From an uncultured Myxococcales bacterium (GTDB lineage Bacteria; Myxococcota_A; UBA9042): a DNA stretch of 64,000 nucleotides. Positions 11,301 to 20,308 of this stretch are shown piece by piece. The stretch is from NCBI GenBank assembly GCA_903842345.1, contig CAIMLR010000017.1, forward strand, positions 33,960 through 97,959, written 5' to 3'. Both the position numbers and the translations under genes were made by a program. Every line of letters starts with the position of its first letter. The stretch's first letter is position 1. The notes below the pieces were generated by a model, which saw nothing but the letters and a program-made list of their open reading frames with translations, was not told the origin of the DNA and made no database searches.

Positions 11301-11952
11301 CGCGCTGAACCCCAAGAACGTCAACGACTTTGTCGAGAACCTGCAGAAGGCGCGCAAGGTAGCGGTGACGCAGTCGGCTGGCGCAGTAGCGCAGTACCTG
11401 CTGCAGCGCTCGGCGTTCTTCAATCTCGACCCCGAGCCCGCGCGGCTGCGTACGGCGAACTCGGCGCTACAACTGCTGGATGAACTGGACGAGCGGGACG
11501 TGGTTCTGGTGGTCCAACGCCTGGCTGCGTTTCAGCCGGAGACTTCAGCCACGGCTCTGGCCAAGCACTTCACCGACGCGCTGAAAGTGGCGAGCGTCCT
11601 GCAAGAGCGCCTGCCGTTTGACCTGTTTGCCGACGTCATGTCGCTCACGGACCGCCCGGACGCCACGGAGCTGCTGACCGCACTGCGCGCTGCGCTGGAA
11701 GCTGATCAGGTGCAGACGGAGCTGAAGACACAAGTTGACCAGTTGGCCAACCGGGCGCGACAGCTGCTGCGCAAGCCGATACCGCCGCCGCCCCCGCCAC
11801 CGCCGCCGCCCCCGAAGGGCAAAGGTGGCCAAGCGCGCGGTGATGCGGCTGCCATCCAGGCTGAAGTGGCCAAGGCGATTGCGGCGCTAGGAGAAGCCAA
11901 CGAAAACGAGGAGCTGACAGTTGAGTGGCTTCTGGTCCGGAGGGATAGTTGA
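8305..11952 (+). CDS. pglY: BREX PglY/BrxC-type P-loop ATPase
   Basis: Walker A YIHGSFGSGKSHFMAAL near the N-terminus. About 1200 aa. An 11-residue poly-Pro tract lies near the C-terminus. GTG at 8305, or ATG at 8317 preceded by GGGAGA. The stop overlaps the pglZ start (TTGA). Confidence 0.85.
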   Translation: MGESMTKLRELLILPETVSKGQFVVRLTDGVEHPEELLKDYAITPDLAAAFDKALSLTRESLQNARSVGSYIHGSFGSGKSHFMAALSLTLAGNPTPWGKPELHATLAKHEWVKNTKLMRLHFHVVGAQTLEEKVFAGYLDFVQANHRDAPLPALFQDAALFANAVQMRSTLGDTPFFERLNAATPSGNGGGWGTFRPAARWHADSFDQAVASTDAQLRADLFSALVRTLFPAFIGQQSRYVGIDDGLAVLSQHAAKLGYQGVVLFLDELILWLASRAADQTWLSAEATKVAKLVEAQNTHRPIPIINFVARQRDISELVGDSMAGANAVNLRDSLKWWEGRFDTITLPDRNLPAIIATRVVKPRDTQARNQLNQAFSKFQGGARASWATLLGEEWSTQDFQQIYPFSPALVQGLVALSHYLQRERTALKVLMEMLVQHMEDFKLGDLVGVGDLFDVLAGGEDPMDGRMRDLFDGAKKLYNNELLPLIQNRNNTTTEAVCQRKRDDHPIALGCSNCPQTACRSDNRLVKTLLLAALVPEVQVLKRLTASRLVALNHGTLEVMIKGREAKDAVIRLRDYAAEVGKLQIGSEDDPTLAIALQGVDVKPLLDQERVQDGPGARRRRLRELLFQALQLNDTLAELPYSLEWRGTMRKGTVRFGNVREMTDSDLDTPTGDDFRVVIDYPFDEPQHRPKEDEERVGLYLEKGKTARTVVWLPSFFSDKLQRDLGDLVVVEYVLKNESQSLALLRPEDRARAASELQSLRNQKQERLKRALAAAYGVATMQEGDLDEENRVSHNFYLLREDLKVQPSLAADLKAAMDGAIGDMLAQWYPRHPKFSERLSNMKLTKALERFQAAVDAEGQRIAVDRAERPQLDICQDAQLLHVTDTWASVHAAVLQQVDGRLSARGMLRPMVKQVADAFDPDGYFGLQRDVRDFYVLAYAAWNARQLRLDGELCKDLRIGQLPPDAELEKPLLPSATEFQSALEKAGKLFGITIAGRALNPKNVNDFVENLQKARKVAVTQSAGAVAQYLLQRSAFFNLDPEPARLRTANSALQLLDELDERDVVLVVQRLAAFQPETSATALAKHFTDALKVASVLQERLPFDLFADVMSLTDRPDATELLTALRAALEADQVQTELKTQVDQLANRARQLLRKPIPPPPPPPPPPPKGKGGQARGDAAAIQAEVAKAIAALGEANENEELTVEWLLVRRDS

Positions 11953-14723
11953 GCCAGGACGTCCCGCACCTGAGCACGCCCGAGATCGGCGACGAGTTGG
12001 CCCGCATCCACGGTGGCAAGCCGCACGCGATGCTCGACACGGTGATCTTTGGCAGCACGCAGCCGGCCGAAGTCATTGTGCGCTTGGGCAACCGCGACCA
12101 GATATTTCGCGTAATACCGGCGACGTGTGAGCTGGCGCTGCGCGATGCCCTAGCCAACCGCGGAGATACGCCGGTCGCGGCCGTCATCGACTTTGGCGTC
12201 GACCTGCCGCTGGACATCAGTTGCCGCGTCGCCCAGATGCGGGTCCACACGCCCGACCGCGCCCAGCGCCTCGTGAGCCGTCTGGTCGATTTGGAGCCGG
12301 GCCAACGCATCGACGCCAGCGCGCCGTTGCTGCGCAGTGCGCTTGGCAAGGCGATCCTGTCGGGGATTCCGGTCCGGCAGCGGAAGGCCACTTGGCCGCT
12401 CATCGGCGTCGGCGATGCCTGGCGCGCCGTCCTGGCTGAAACGGCCGGGCTGCCGCTCGACACGACGCTGACCTTTGACCGCGTCCTGGAGCACGTTGCG
12501 ACGACGCAGAAGCCGGCGACGCTGACCGCCATCCTCGACGCCAACAAGGATCGCCGCAGCGAGTTCGATGTCTGGTTTACCGGCGAGGTCGGTGCCCCGG
12601 CGCTGCAGGCGTGGAAAGCGTGGGAGCGCGGCGACGGCGGCAAGGTGGCGGCTGTGGCCGTGCTGCTGCGCGCCGCCCGCGACCACTACGCCAGCAACCC
12701 GTTCCTGCAAGGCTGGCTGACGCTGCCGCTGAAAAGTGCGGGCGTCAGCATCGACGGTGAGAAGGACGTCACCATTTGGGCCGATGCCGGTCAGAGCCTG
12801 CTGGTGCGCTTGGATACGAGCGGCAACACCTGGCAGGTCCAGCAGCTCATCGACGCTGCGTCCGAGATGGCCTCCGAGGAAGTCGTGCGCGAGCAGCTGG
12901 CGGACAGCAACTGGCTGCCGTTCGCGTTCGAGATCCAAAAGCGTCGGCTCGCCAAGGCGCTCACTGACGCTGGCGCGACCGAGTCGGCACAGGCACAGAA
13001 AGATGCCCGCGAGGCACTCAAGGCCCTGCGTGCCCATCGCCTCGCCAATCACCATGCCAATGCCGGCCTGCTGGCCCGAGGCGAAGCGGCCATCCGCCTA
13101 CTGGCATGTCTAACGCGCGCGGAGGTCAGTCGTCCTGTTGGCTGGGAAGCCGTCGCGAGCTACGCATCCGAATACGCGCAGGAAGGTGGCTACGTCGACC
13201 GCGCCCGGCGTGCCCTGCGAGGTGAGAACGGCACCGACGAGCTGGGCGACGCGATGCAGGACGTGTTGCGGCGAGCCGACAAGGCCCGTGACGCGCTGGA
13301 CTTGGCGTTTGCGCGAAGCCTGGCTGCGTGGGCAAACGCGGGGCGACCGGCTGCGGGCGTGCTGCCCATCGAGATGGTGCTGGAGCGGATGGCCGCGCAG
13401 TTCCTCGACCAAGGCCCGGAACGCAAGCTGCTGGTGCTCGTACTCGATGGCTTGTCGTGGACGGTCGCGTGTGAGTTGCTGGAAGGCTGGGTCTCACGCG
13501 AAATATCACCGGTGCGCTGGAACCCGGACGGCTTCGCAGCAGGCACGCTGGTGCCCGTGCTGGCCGCGCTGCCCACGGCGACTGACGTCAGCCGCGCGGC
13601 GCTCTTTGCCGGGAAGCGGATGCAGTCCGGTGTCACGCACTACACGGCGGGCGACACGGACCGCTTTGCCCATCATCCGGGCCTGTGTCGGCATGTTACG
13701 CGAGCGGGCGGACCGACGCTCCTGCTGCGCGCCAAGCTGGAAGGATCGGCGACGGCCATTTCGCCCGAAGCGCTGCGGCTGCTGCAGAGCGCGGACCGCG
13801 TCGTAGCGTGCGTGGTCAATGCAATCGACGACGACCTCAGCGGCACGACCCAAGCCAAGCTGTCCTATGGTCCGGACGACGTGCCGCTGGTGCGGGAACT
13901 GCTGTCCCAGGCGTTTGCCGCCGGCCGTCACGTACTGCTGACCTCCGACCACGGCCACGTCCCAGGCGCTCGGCTGAAGTACCGGGCGACGACAAACAAC
14001 AAGGGCGCGCGCTGGCGGCAAATCGCTCCGGGTGAACAGCCTGCGGCTGATGAGATCGCGCTGACCGGCGACTGCGTATGGCTTCCGCCCGGCGCAGAAC
14101 GTGTGGCGCTGCTTGCCAGTGAGACGGCTCGCTTTTCGACATCCGCGCTGGCCGGTGAACACGGTGGAGCGTCGCTGGCCGAGGTCGTGATCCCGGCGGT
14201 GATTCTGGGCAACAGCGAGTTGGACCGGCAGTTCCGCGACACCGACCCTGCCTTGGAGCAGATTCCGCTGCGGCAGCCGACGTGGTGGCAGCTTGAGGGC
14301 TGGGTAGAAGAAGCGCCAGTCAAGCCAGCAAAGACCGCGCCTGCTCCGACCAAGAAGAACGTCATGGCGCTGCCCGGGCTTGTCGACGTCGCCCCGCCAG
14401 TGACCGACCCCGCGAAGAAACCGTCGCACGTCCGGCAGCTGATCCTCGAGTCCAAGCTGTTCGATTCGCTGACGGCGTACCAACGCGACCAGATGCAAAC
14501 GCGCGTCCTGCCGTGGCTGGAGGCCATCGAAGGTGCAGGCGGGCAGATGTCCGCGGACCGCTTTGGCCAAGCCGCTGGGCTCCTGCCCACACGCGTCGGC
14601 GGTGCTGTGTCGCTGATGCAGGAGTCCATCAGCATGGACGGGTACGAGCCGGTGACGTTCGACGCGACCACGCGCGAGCTCAAGCTGCACATGGACCTGC
14701 TCAAACAGCTGTGGGGAGGCTAG
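11949..14723 (+). CDS. pglZ: BREX PglZ alkaline-phosphatase-superfamily protein
   Basis: PglZ-type motifs LLVLVLDGLSWTV and LLTSDHGHVPG. 924 aa from TTG 11949. Alternative in-frame ATGs at 12027 and 12237. Confidence 0.85.
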   Translation: MSQDVPHLSTPEIGDELARIHGGKPHAMLDTVIFGSTQPAEVIVRLGNRDQIFRVIPATCELALRDALANRGDTPVAAVIDFGVDLPLDISCRVAQMRVHTPDRAQRLVSRLVDLEPGQRIDASAPLLRSALGKAILSGIPVRQRKATWPLIGVGDAWRAVLAETAGLPLDTTLTFDRVLEHVATTQKPATLTAILDANKDRRSEFDVWFTGEVGAPALQAWKAWERGDGGKVAAVAVLLRAARDHYASNPFLQGWLTLPLKSAGVSIDGEKDVTIWADAGQSLLVRLDTSGNTWQVQQLIDAASEMASEEVVREQLADSNWLPFAFEIQKRRLAKALTDAGATESAQAQKDAREALKALRAHRLANHHANAGLLARGEAAIRLLACLTRAEVSRPVGWEAVASYASEYAQEGGYVDRARRALRGENGTDELGDAMQDVLRRADKARDALDLAFARSLAAWANAGRPAAGVLPIEMVLERMAAQFLDQGPERKLLVLVLDGLSWTVACELLEGWVSREISPVRWNPDGFAAGTLVPVLAALPTATDVSRAALFAGKRMQSGVTHYTAGDTDRFAHHPGLCRHVTRAGGPTLLLRAKLEGSATAISPEALRLLQSADRVVACVVNAIDDDLSGTTQAKLSYGPDDVPLVRELLSQAFAAGRHVLLTSDHGHVPGARLKYRATTNNKGARWRQIAPGEQPAADEIALTGDCVWLPPGAERVALLASETARFSTSALAGEHGGASLAEVVIPAVILGNSELDRQFRDTDPALEQIPLRQPTWWQLEGWVEEAPVKPAKTAPAPTKKNVMALPGLVDVAPPVTDPAKKPSHVRQLILESKLFDSLTAYQRDQMQTRVLPWLEAIEGAGGQMSADRFGQAAGLLPTRVGGAVSLMQESISMDGYEPVTFDATTRELKLHMDLLKQLWGG
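12101..12120. repeat. Short AT-rich motif copy (GATATTTCGCGTAATACCGG) of the GTATTT..GTGATAC family, inside the annotated 5' end of pglZ
   Basis: Matches the copy at 58996-59026 (ATATTTCGCGTGATAC) in 16 of 17 positions. Confidence 0.4.
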
Positions 14724-14726
14724 GCC

Positions 14727-16058
14727 ATGTCCAACGTCTCCCTACTTCGCCGCCAGGAGATTGTCGCCGCGCTGCGCAACGGCACCGTCCCCGAGTTCGG
14801 CTTTGACCAGCTCGCCGTTGGCATCGAGCGCTTCTCGACCGCCATCGACGAGGAACTGGAGCGCGTGGCCCGCGGCCGCGGCGGATTCAAAGCCGTGCGC
14901 GGCGACTGGGGCGCGGGCAAGACGTTCTTTAGCCGATGGTTGCAGAATCGCGCGCGTGCCCAAGGCTTCGCCACGGCCGAGGTGCAGATCTCCGAGACGG
15001 AGACGCCGCTGTACCGCTTGGAGACCGTCTACCGGCGCGCGATGGAGCACTTGCGGACGCGCGAGTGGAACGACGGCGCTTTTCGCGCGCTGGTGGAGCG
15101 CTGGTTCTTCTCGCTGGAAGAGGAGGTGCTGGCGCAGCCGGGTGCGCCGACTGACGAGAGGCTGGTCGCCAAGGCAGTGGCCGAACTGCTGGAAGGCCGC
15201 CTGAACGCGGTCAGCGCCACGCACCCGCAGTTCGCCGCTGCGCTGCGCGCCGTCTACAAGGCCCGCATGGACGGAGACCCGGCGACCGCCGACGGCCTGC
15301 TGGCGTGGCTGATGGGCGAACCGCATGTGGCCGCCAGCGTGAAGCAGCGCGCCGGCGTCAAAGGCGAGGTCGACCACTTTGCGGCGACCGGGTTCCTGCG
15401 CGGCCTGTTGTCCGTCCTGAACCAGACGGGCCGGCGCGGACTGGTGCTGGTGCTGGACGAGGTAGAGACGATCCAGCGGATGCGCTCCGACGTGCGCGAG
15501 AAGAGCCTGAACGCACTACGGCAGTTCCTGGATGACTTGGACGGCGGTCGCTACCCAGGGCTGTACCTCGTCATCACCGGCACGCCCAGCTTCTTTGACG
15601 GCCCACAAGGCGCCCGCCAATTGCCGCCGCTGGCCCAACGCCTGCACGTCGACTTCGGCGCGGACCCGCGCTTTGACGCCACGCGCGCCATCCAGATCCG
15701 CCTGCAGCCGTTCGACCAGGCGCGACTGTTGGAAGTGGGCCAGAAGGTACGCGCCCTCTACCCGACCAAGCACCCTGAACGCGTAGCAGAGCGGCTGTCC
15801 GACGACGTGCTGGTCGCGCTAGCTCGCAAGGTGGCCGGGCAACTCGGCGGCAAGGTCGGTTTGGCGCCACGGCTGTTCCTGAAGAAGCTCGTCGGCGACG
15901 TGCTGGACCGCATCGAGGAGTACGAGGACTTCGACCCGGTGCAGCACTACCAGCTCACCGTGTCTGCGTCGGAGCTGTCAGACGTGGAGCGCGCCGCGGC
16001 CGGCATCGAGCGCAGCGTCGACGACATCGAGCTTGACCTGAGCGGCGGCGACACGTGA
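14727..16058 (+). CDS. brxD: BREX BrxD ATP-binding protein
   Basis: Walker A RGDWGAGKTFFSRW. 443 aa, typical BrxD size. ATG 4 nt after the pglZ stop. Confidence 0.8.
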   Translation: MSNVSLLRRQEIVAALRNGTVPEFGFDQLAVGIERFSTAIDEELERVARGRGGFKAVRGDWGAGKTFFSRWLQNRARAQGFATAEVQISETETPLYRLETVYRRAMEHLRTREWNDGAFRALVERWFFSLEEEVLAQPGAPTDERLVAKAVAELLEGRLNAVSATHPQFAAALRAVYKARMDGDPATADGLLAWLMGEPHVAASVKQRAGVKGEVDHFAATGFLRGLLSVLNQTGRRGLVLVLDEVETIQRMRSDVREKSLNALRQFLDDLDGGRYPGLYLVITGTPSFFDGPQGARQLPPLAQRLHVDFGADPRFDATRAIQIRLQPFDQARLLEVGQKVRALYPTKHPERVAERLSDDVLVALARKVAGQLGGKVGLAPRLFLKKLVGDVLDRIEEYEDFDPVQHYQLTVSASELSDVERAAAGIERSVDDIELDLSGGDT

Positions 16059-18157
16059 CGGCGTTCGAGCGCTTGAGCCCCGCGATGCAGTACCAGATCG
16101 TCAACGCTCTGGGCTTTCAGTCGCTGCGCCCGGTGCAGGAAGTCGCGATTCCGCCGATTCTGGACGGCGCCAACTGCGTGGTGCTTGCGCCGACGGCGGG
16201 CGGCAAAACAGAAGCGGCGTTCTTCCCGCTGCTCTCGCAAATGGACACGCACGGCTGGCAGCCGGTGTCGGTGCTGTACGTGTCGCCGATCCGCGCGCTG
16301 CTGAACAACCAGGAGGAGCGCCTGCGCAGCTACGCCACCGTGCTGGGGCGTCGTGTGGCGGTATGGCACGGCGACGTCTCGCAGCGGGACAAACGCAAGT
16401 TCCTGCAGGAACCCGCGGACATCCTGTTGACCACGCCTGAGTCGCTGGAAGTGATGCTGATGAGCAGCAAGGTGCCGTCGCGCAGGCTGTTTGCCGGTTT
16501 GCAGGCGGTGGTCATCGACGAGGTGCACGCGTTTGCCGGCGACGACCGCGGCAGTCACCTGATGGCCGTGCTGGAGCGCCTGTGCCGTTTCTGTGGCCGC
16601 GACGTGCAGCGCATTGGACTGTCGGCGACGGTTGGCAACCCGGAGGAAATCCTGACGTGGCTGCAGGGCTCGTCGACGCGGCCGGGCGTGCTGGTGTCGC
16701 CGCCACGGCCACCGTCCACGCCGGAGATTGTCATCGACTACGTCGGCACGCTGGAGAACGCCGCGCGGGTTATCGCGCAGATGCATCGCGGCAAGAAGCG
16801 GCTGGTCTTTCTGGATAGCCGGGCAGGCGTCGAGTCGCTGGGGCAGCACCTGCGGGATCTGGGCGTGGACACGTACGTGCTGCACTCGTCATTGGCGCCG
16901 GATGAGCGGCGCAGGAGCGAAGCGGCGTTCGCCGAGCGGCAGAACTGCGTCATCGTGGCGACCAGTTCGCTGGAGTTGGGCATCGACATCGGCGACCTCG
17001 ACCATGTGCTGCAGATTGACGCGCCACGGACGGTCGCCAGCTTCCTGCAGCGCATGGGGCGGACCGGGCGCCGTGCCGGGGCGACGTCGAACTGCACGTT
17101 CCTGGCCACGGACGATGACGCGCTGTTGCAGGCCGCGGCCCTTTTGCGCCTGTATCGCAATGGCTTCGTCGAGTCGGTAGTGCCGGTGACGCGTGCGTTT
17201 CACATCCTCGCGCACCAGCTGCTGGCGCTGGGGCAGCAGGAGCAAGGCATCCCGCTGGCCGACTGGTGGGCGTGGGTCGGCCAAGCGGCGCCCTTCAAGG
17301 ACATCACCGCCGACGAACGCACCGCGCTCCTCGCGCACATGATGGCGGAGCAGATTCTCGTTGAGGATGGCGGCCGTCTGAGCCTCGGCCCCCAAGGCGA
17401 AAAGCTCTACGGCGGAAAGAACTTCCTGCCGCTGTACTCGGTGTTCGACACTGCGGACAGCCTGGATGTCTGCTACGGCCAGCGTATCATCGGTAATATC
17501 GAGTCCACGTACGTCGAGCAGCAAGGCGCGGGCGACCTGACGTTCACGCTCGGGGCGCGGGCCTGGCGCGGGTTGTACGTCGATTGGCAGCGGCATCGCC
17601 TCTACGTGGAACCGGCAACCCACGCCAATGCGCCATCGTGGCGAGGTTCGCCCGCGTTCCTCTCGTCCGAGCTGTGCGGCGCCATGCGGGACGTGCTGCG
17701 GGACGAAGGTCCCGCACCGGAATGGTCCAAGCGAGCAGAGAGCCAGATGGATGCGGTGCGCAAGACACGTCTGCATCAGGCGGACGCAGACGGGCAGCTG
17801 CTGCCGGAGACGGACGGGCTGTCGCTCTGGACGTTTGCGGGCGGGCGGGCCAACCATGTGGTGGCGAAGGTGCTGCAGGAGCTGATTGGCGAGAAGGTGA
17901 CTGCAGACAACCTGCGGATCAGGTTCAGGAGCGGCGCTGCGGACGTGGAGAAAATTCAGGGTGCGATGCAGGTGCTGGCAGAAGAGCACCGGCCAAACCG
18001 TGAGGATGCCCTGCGGGTGGTGGTGAAGATTGCCAAGGCGAAGTTGAGCAAGTTCCAGCCCTGTTTGCCGCCGGAGCAGGAGGCGGAGGTGCTGGTGGGA
18101 CGGTTGGTGGATTTGGGGGTGGTCGGAGATTTGGTGCGGCGATTGGCGGCGGGGTGA
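16055..18157 (+). CDS. brxHI: BREX BrxHI Lhr-like DEAD/DEAH-box helicase
   Basis: Walker A VVLAPTAGGKTEAAF. Motif II VVIDEVHAF. Helicase C motifs QRMGRTGRR. The GTG start overlaps the brxD stop (GTGA). Confidence 0.85.
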   Translation: MTAFERLSPAMQYQIVNALGFQSLRPVQEVAIPPILDGANCVVLAPTAGGKTEAAFFPLLSQMDTHGWQPVSVLYVSPIRALLNNQEERLRSYATVLGRRVAVWHGDVSQRDKRKFLQEPADILLTTPESLEVMLMSSKVPSRRLFAGLQAVVIDEVHAFAGDDRGSHLMAVLERLCRFCGRDVQRIGLSATVGNPEEILTWLQGSSTRPGVLVSPPRPPSTPEIVIDYVGTLENAARVIAQMHRGKKRLVFLDSRAGVESLGQHLRDLGVDTYVLHSSLAPDERRRSEAAFAERQNCVIVATSSLELGIDIGDLDHVLQIDAPRTVASFLQRMGRTGRRAGATSNCTFLATDDDALLQAAALLRLYRNGFVESVVPVTRAFHILAHQLLALGQQEQGIPLADWWAWVGQAAPFKDITADERTALLAHMMAEQILVEDGGRLSLGPQGEKLYGGKNFLPLYSVFDTADSLDVCYGQRIIGNIESTYVEQQGAGDLTFTLGARAWRGLYVDWQRHRLYVEPATHANAPSWRGSPAFLSSELCGAMRDVLRDEGPAPEWSKRAESQMDAVRKTRLHQADADGQLLPETDGLSLWTFAGGRANHVVAKVLQELIGEKVTADNLRIRFRSGAADVEKIQGAMQVLAEEHRPNREDALRVVVKIAKAKLSKFQPCLPPEQEAEVLVGRLVDLGVVGDLVRRLAAG

Positions 18158-18158
18158 G

Positions 18159-18180
18159 GGGTATTACTGGAAATACGGCC
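18159..18180. repeat. Short AT-rich inverted-repeat motif (GGTATTACTGGAAATACGG) 2 nt after the brxHI stop
   Basis: GTATT-N6-AATAC hairpin-capable. Near reverse-complement match to the 60491 copy. Confidence 0.45.
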
Positions 18181-18189
18181 GGGAACGAG

Positions 18190-18612
18190 TCAAGCCGGAT
18201 CCTGCGGCGGCCAGTCTCCAACCGCTGGTGGGTCAAAGTAACGATCGAGCACAGCAGCCTCGACGCTGGGCTGAGAGCGCAAATAGTCACTAAGGATTTC
18301 GCGGAACGTGCCGCGCCCCAACTCGCTGCGAATTGTTATGTCAATGAAGTTGCTCTTCTTGAGGTTGCAATCGCCGCATAGGTACTCGAGGTTGCTCCAA
18401 CTCGTCTCGCCGAAGAGTGAATATGGCCATCGGTGATCCGCCTGCATTGACGAGAGTCCCACATGATCAATGACTTTTCCACATGGACGGCAAGTCACGA
18501 CCGGGTAGGTGTATCCGACCAACTTCTTTGCGTGCTGACGAAACCACAGATCCCTCCAACTGCTCGGGAACGTCCGCTGAAGGGGGTCACATGTTGGCAC
18601 ATTGTCATCCAC
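18190..18612 (-). CDS. HNH endonuclease
   Basis: 140 aa. HNH motif CRPCGKVIDHVGLSSMQADHRWPYSLFGETSWSNLEYLCGDCNLKKSNF (Cys box plus DH..N..H). Overlaps the upstream DUF262 gene by 8 nt. Confidence 0.8.
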   Translation of the reverse strand: MDDNVPTCDPLQRTFPSSWRDLWFRQHAKKLVGYTYPVVTCRPCGKVIDHVGLSSMQADHRWPYSLFGETSWSNLEYLCGDCNLKKSNFIDITIRSELGRGTFREILSDYLRSQPSVEAAVLDRYFDPPAVGDWPPQDPA

Positions 18613-20188
18613 GGCGCTCTATTTCCTCACAGATTTGAAATGTTGCGTCCACCTGCTGCAATTGCCCGGGCCACTTCCCTTTCGCAATGGGATACTTGAT
18701 TTTGAACTTGTCCTCGATGTCCTTGGGACCGGACGTCAGGAATTCACTCGTCAGGCGCCACTGGCGTTCTGTCATGCCGTCAGGCGACTTGAACGCTTCC
18801 GCAGCCGCAGCAATGAACAGAGCCACCTTGCGCGCTGAACTGACCGTCAGGCTAGGAATCTTTGCCGTCTTGATCGTATTGAACCAGAGCTCAAAGTCAG
18901 CAAACCACCGTTGCACGACCGATAGTGTCGGTAAGAATACGGCTCGATTTTCACCTGAACTCTCGTACAATGCTTGCGCGCAGAACAAGTCGAGAACTGA
19001 GGTGGTCGTCCTGTCGTATCGAATGCGAACCGTGTCTCGTGTTTTTTGGGTCATCAGCGCATCATAGGCACGCCGCGGTCGCTCAGCGAGCATTCGAGCG
19101 ATTACGTAGTACAGGAACATTTCAGATGGCGCTTGTCCGACCGCCTGCCGGCTATCTCCCCACCAAGCGGCCCACGGCTGATGGTCCTTCCATGGAAAAA
19201 CCACACCGTGTCCCTCCGCCGCGGCAATCATGCGGGCGCCGGCCGTTCCCGCCGGTTCTCTGATACCCGCAAGACGAATCAGAGATACCCGAGCACAATC
19301 GCCGAAAGACGCCAAGCGGAGGTCGTGCGCGCTGAGAGGGACTCCCTCTTCATTGATCCGGCGAAAAATCAGCAGGCGCAGACTGAGATCAAGATTTTTC
19401 GGAAGAACGATAAGGTTGATCACGTAATCCCGGATTTGTTCTTGGATGTCCGGAGGCAACTCGCTGAAATGCTTTCCTTGAATCTGCGCGCCAACGTTCT
19501 CGGCATACTCAACGTCGTTTTCTGACGCCAACTTGAATTGATCCCTCATGAAGGAGTCTAGGGTGGTCAGCCGCTGTTGGCCATCAATAACTTGTCTGAC
19601 TTCAATTCCCGCCGAATCATCCTCAGGATACACGAGGATAGGTGGCACGGTAAGGTTGTTGATTACGGATTCAATGAAAAGCGATCGCTTCTCGTCACTC
19701 CACTCCGCCGCGTCGCGCTGATACGAGGGGATCTTGTACTTTCCTCGTCTCATCGACCCCATAATGGTGGCGACGTTCAGCGATTGTGCTGTGGTTGCGG
19801 ACGTGACGAGCGGCATGAAGGTGGGCATTTGTCCCTCGCGGTTGCCATTGGTAATTGGCGTAATTGATGGCACGACCGCGCCAACGCTAAGTGACGTTGA
19901 TCGCGCGGTCACCGCTTGAACAACAGGTGCGGTCGAGTCCGAACGTCCCGATCCTAGCGCTGCCTGCAGGTAATAGCCCCACGACCCGGCGGCGCGGATG
20001 ACCCGTCGTGCCGGATCAGCGGACACCACCGACAATCGAGACCGAATGCTGCCGTTCGAGTACCCCTGCGCCGCGAAATCCGCATCTGCGTTCAATCGTC
20101 CGATGACATCGGTCGCGCTCATGCGCTCGGCGATATCAGATGACAAAAACTTCTCAGCGCATTGTTCGATCCAGTCGTCCATGTTCAT
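18605..20188 (-). CDS. DUF262 (ParB-like nuclease/GmrS N-terminal family) protein, the partner of the HNH nuclease in a split GmrSD-like type IV restriction module
   Basis: DUF262 motifs KYKIPSYQRDAAEW and IDGQQRLTTL. The C-terminal half has no HNH motif; the nuclease is supplied by the downstream ORF. The ATG at 20188 is preceded by GGGAGA; the track start is TTG at 20203. Confidence 0.75.
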   Translation of the reverse strand: MNMDDWIEQCAEKFLSSDIAERMSATDVIGRLNADADFAAQGYSNGSIRSRLSVVSADPARRVIRAAGSWGYYLQAALGSGRSDSTAPVVQAVTARSTSLSVGAVVPSITPITNGNREGQMPTFMPLVTSATTAQSLNVATIMGSMRRGKYKIPSYQRDAAEWSDEKRSLFIESVINNLTVPPILVYPEDDSAGIEVRQVIDGQQRLTTLDSFMRDQFKLASENDVEYAENVGAQIQGKHFSELPPDIQEQIRDYVINLIVLPKNLDLSLRLLIFRRINEEGVPLSAHDLRLASFGDCARVSLIRLAGIREPAGTAGARMIAAAEGHGVVFPWKDHQPWAAWWGDSRQAVGQAPSEMFLYYVIARMLAERPRRAYDALMTQKTRDTVRIRYDRTTTSVLDLFCAQALYESSGENRAVFLPTLSVVQRWFADFELWFNTIKTAKIPSLTVSSARKVALFIAAAAEAFKSPDGMTERQWRLTSEFLTSGPKDIEDKFKIKYPIAKGKWPGQLQQVDATFQICEEIERRG

Positions 20189-20308
20189 GACAGAATCTCC
20201 CAAGAGTCAAGTCGTACACGTCCGTCCGCTGTGAACGTGTCGAGCGCATCCACGCACGAGTCTAGGCCCGGCACCCGGCTTCGGTCAACCGCGCAGAAGG
20301 ACGAAGGA

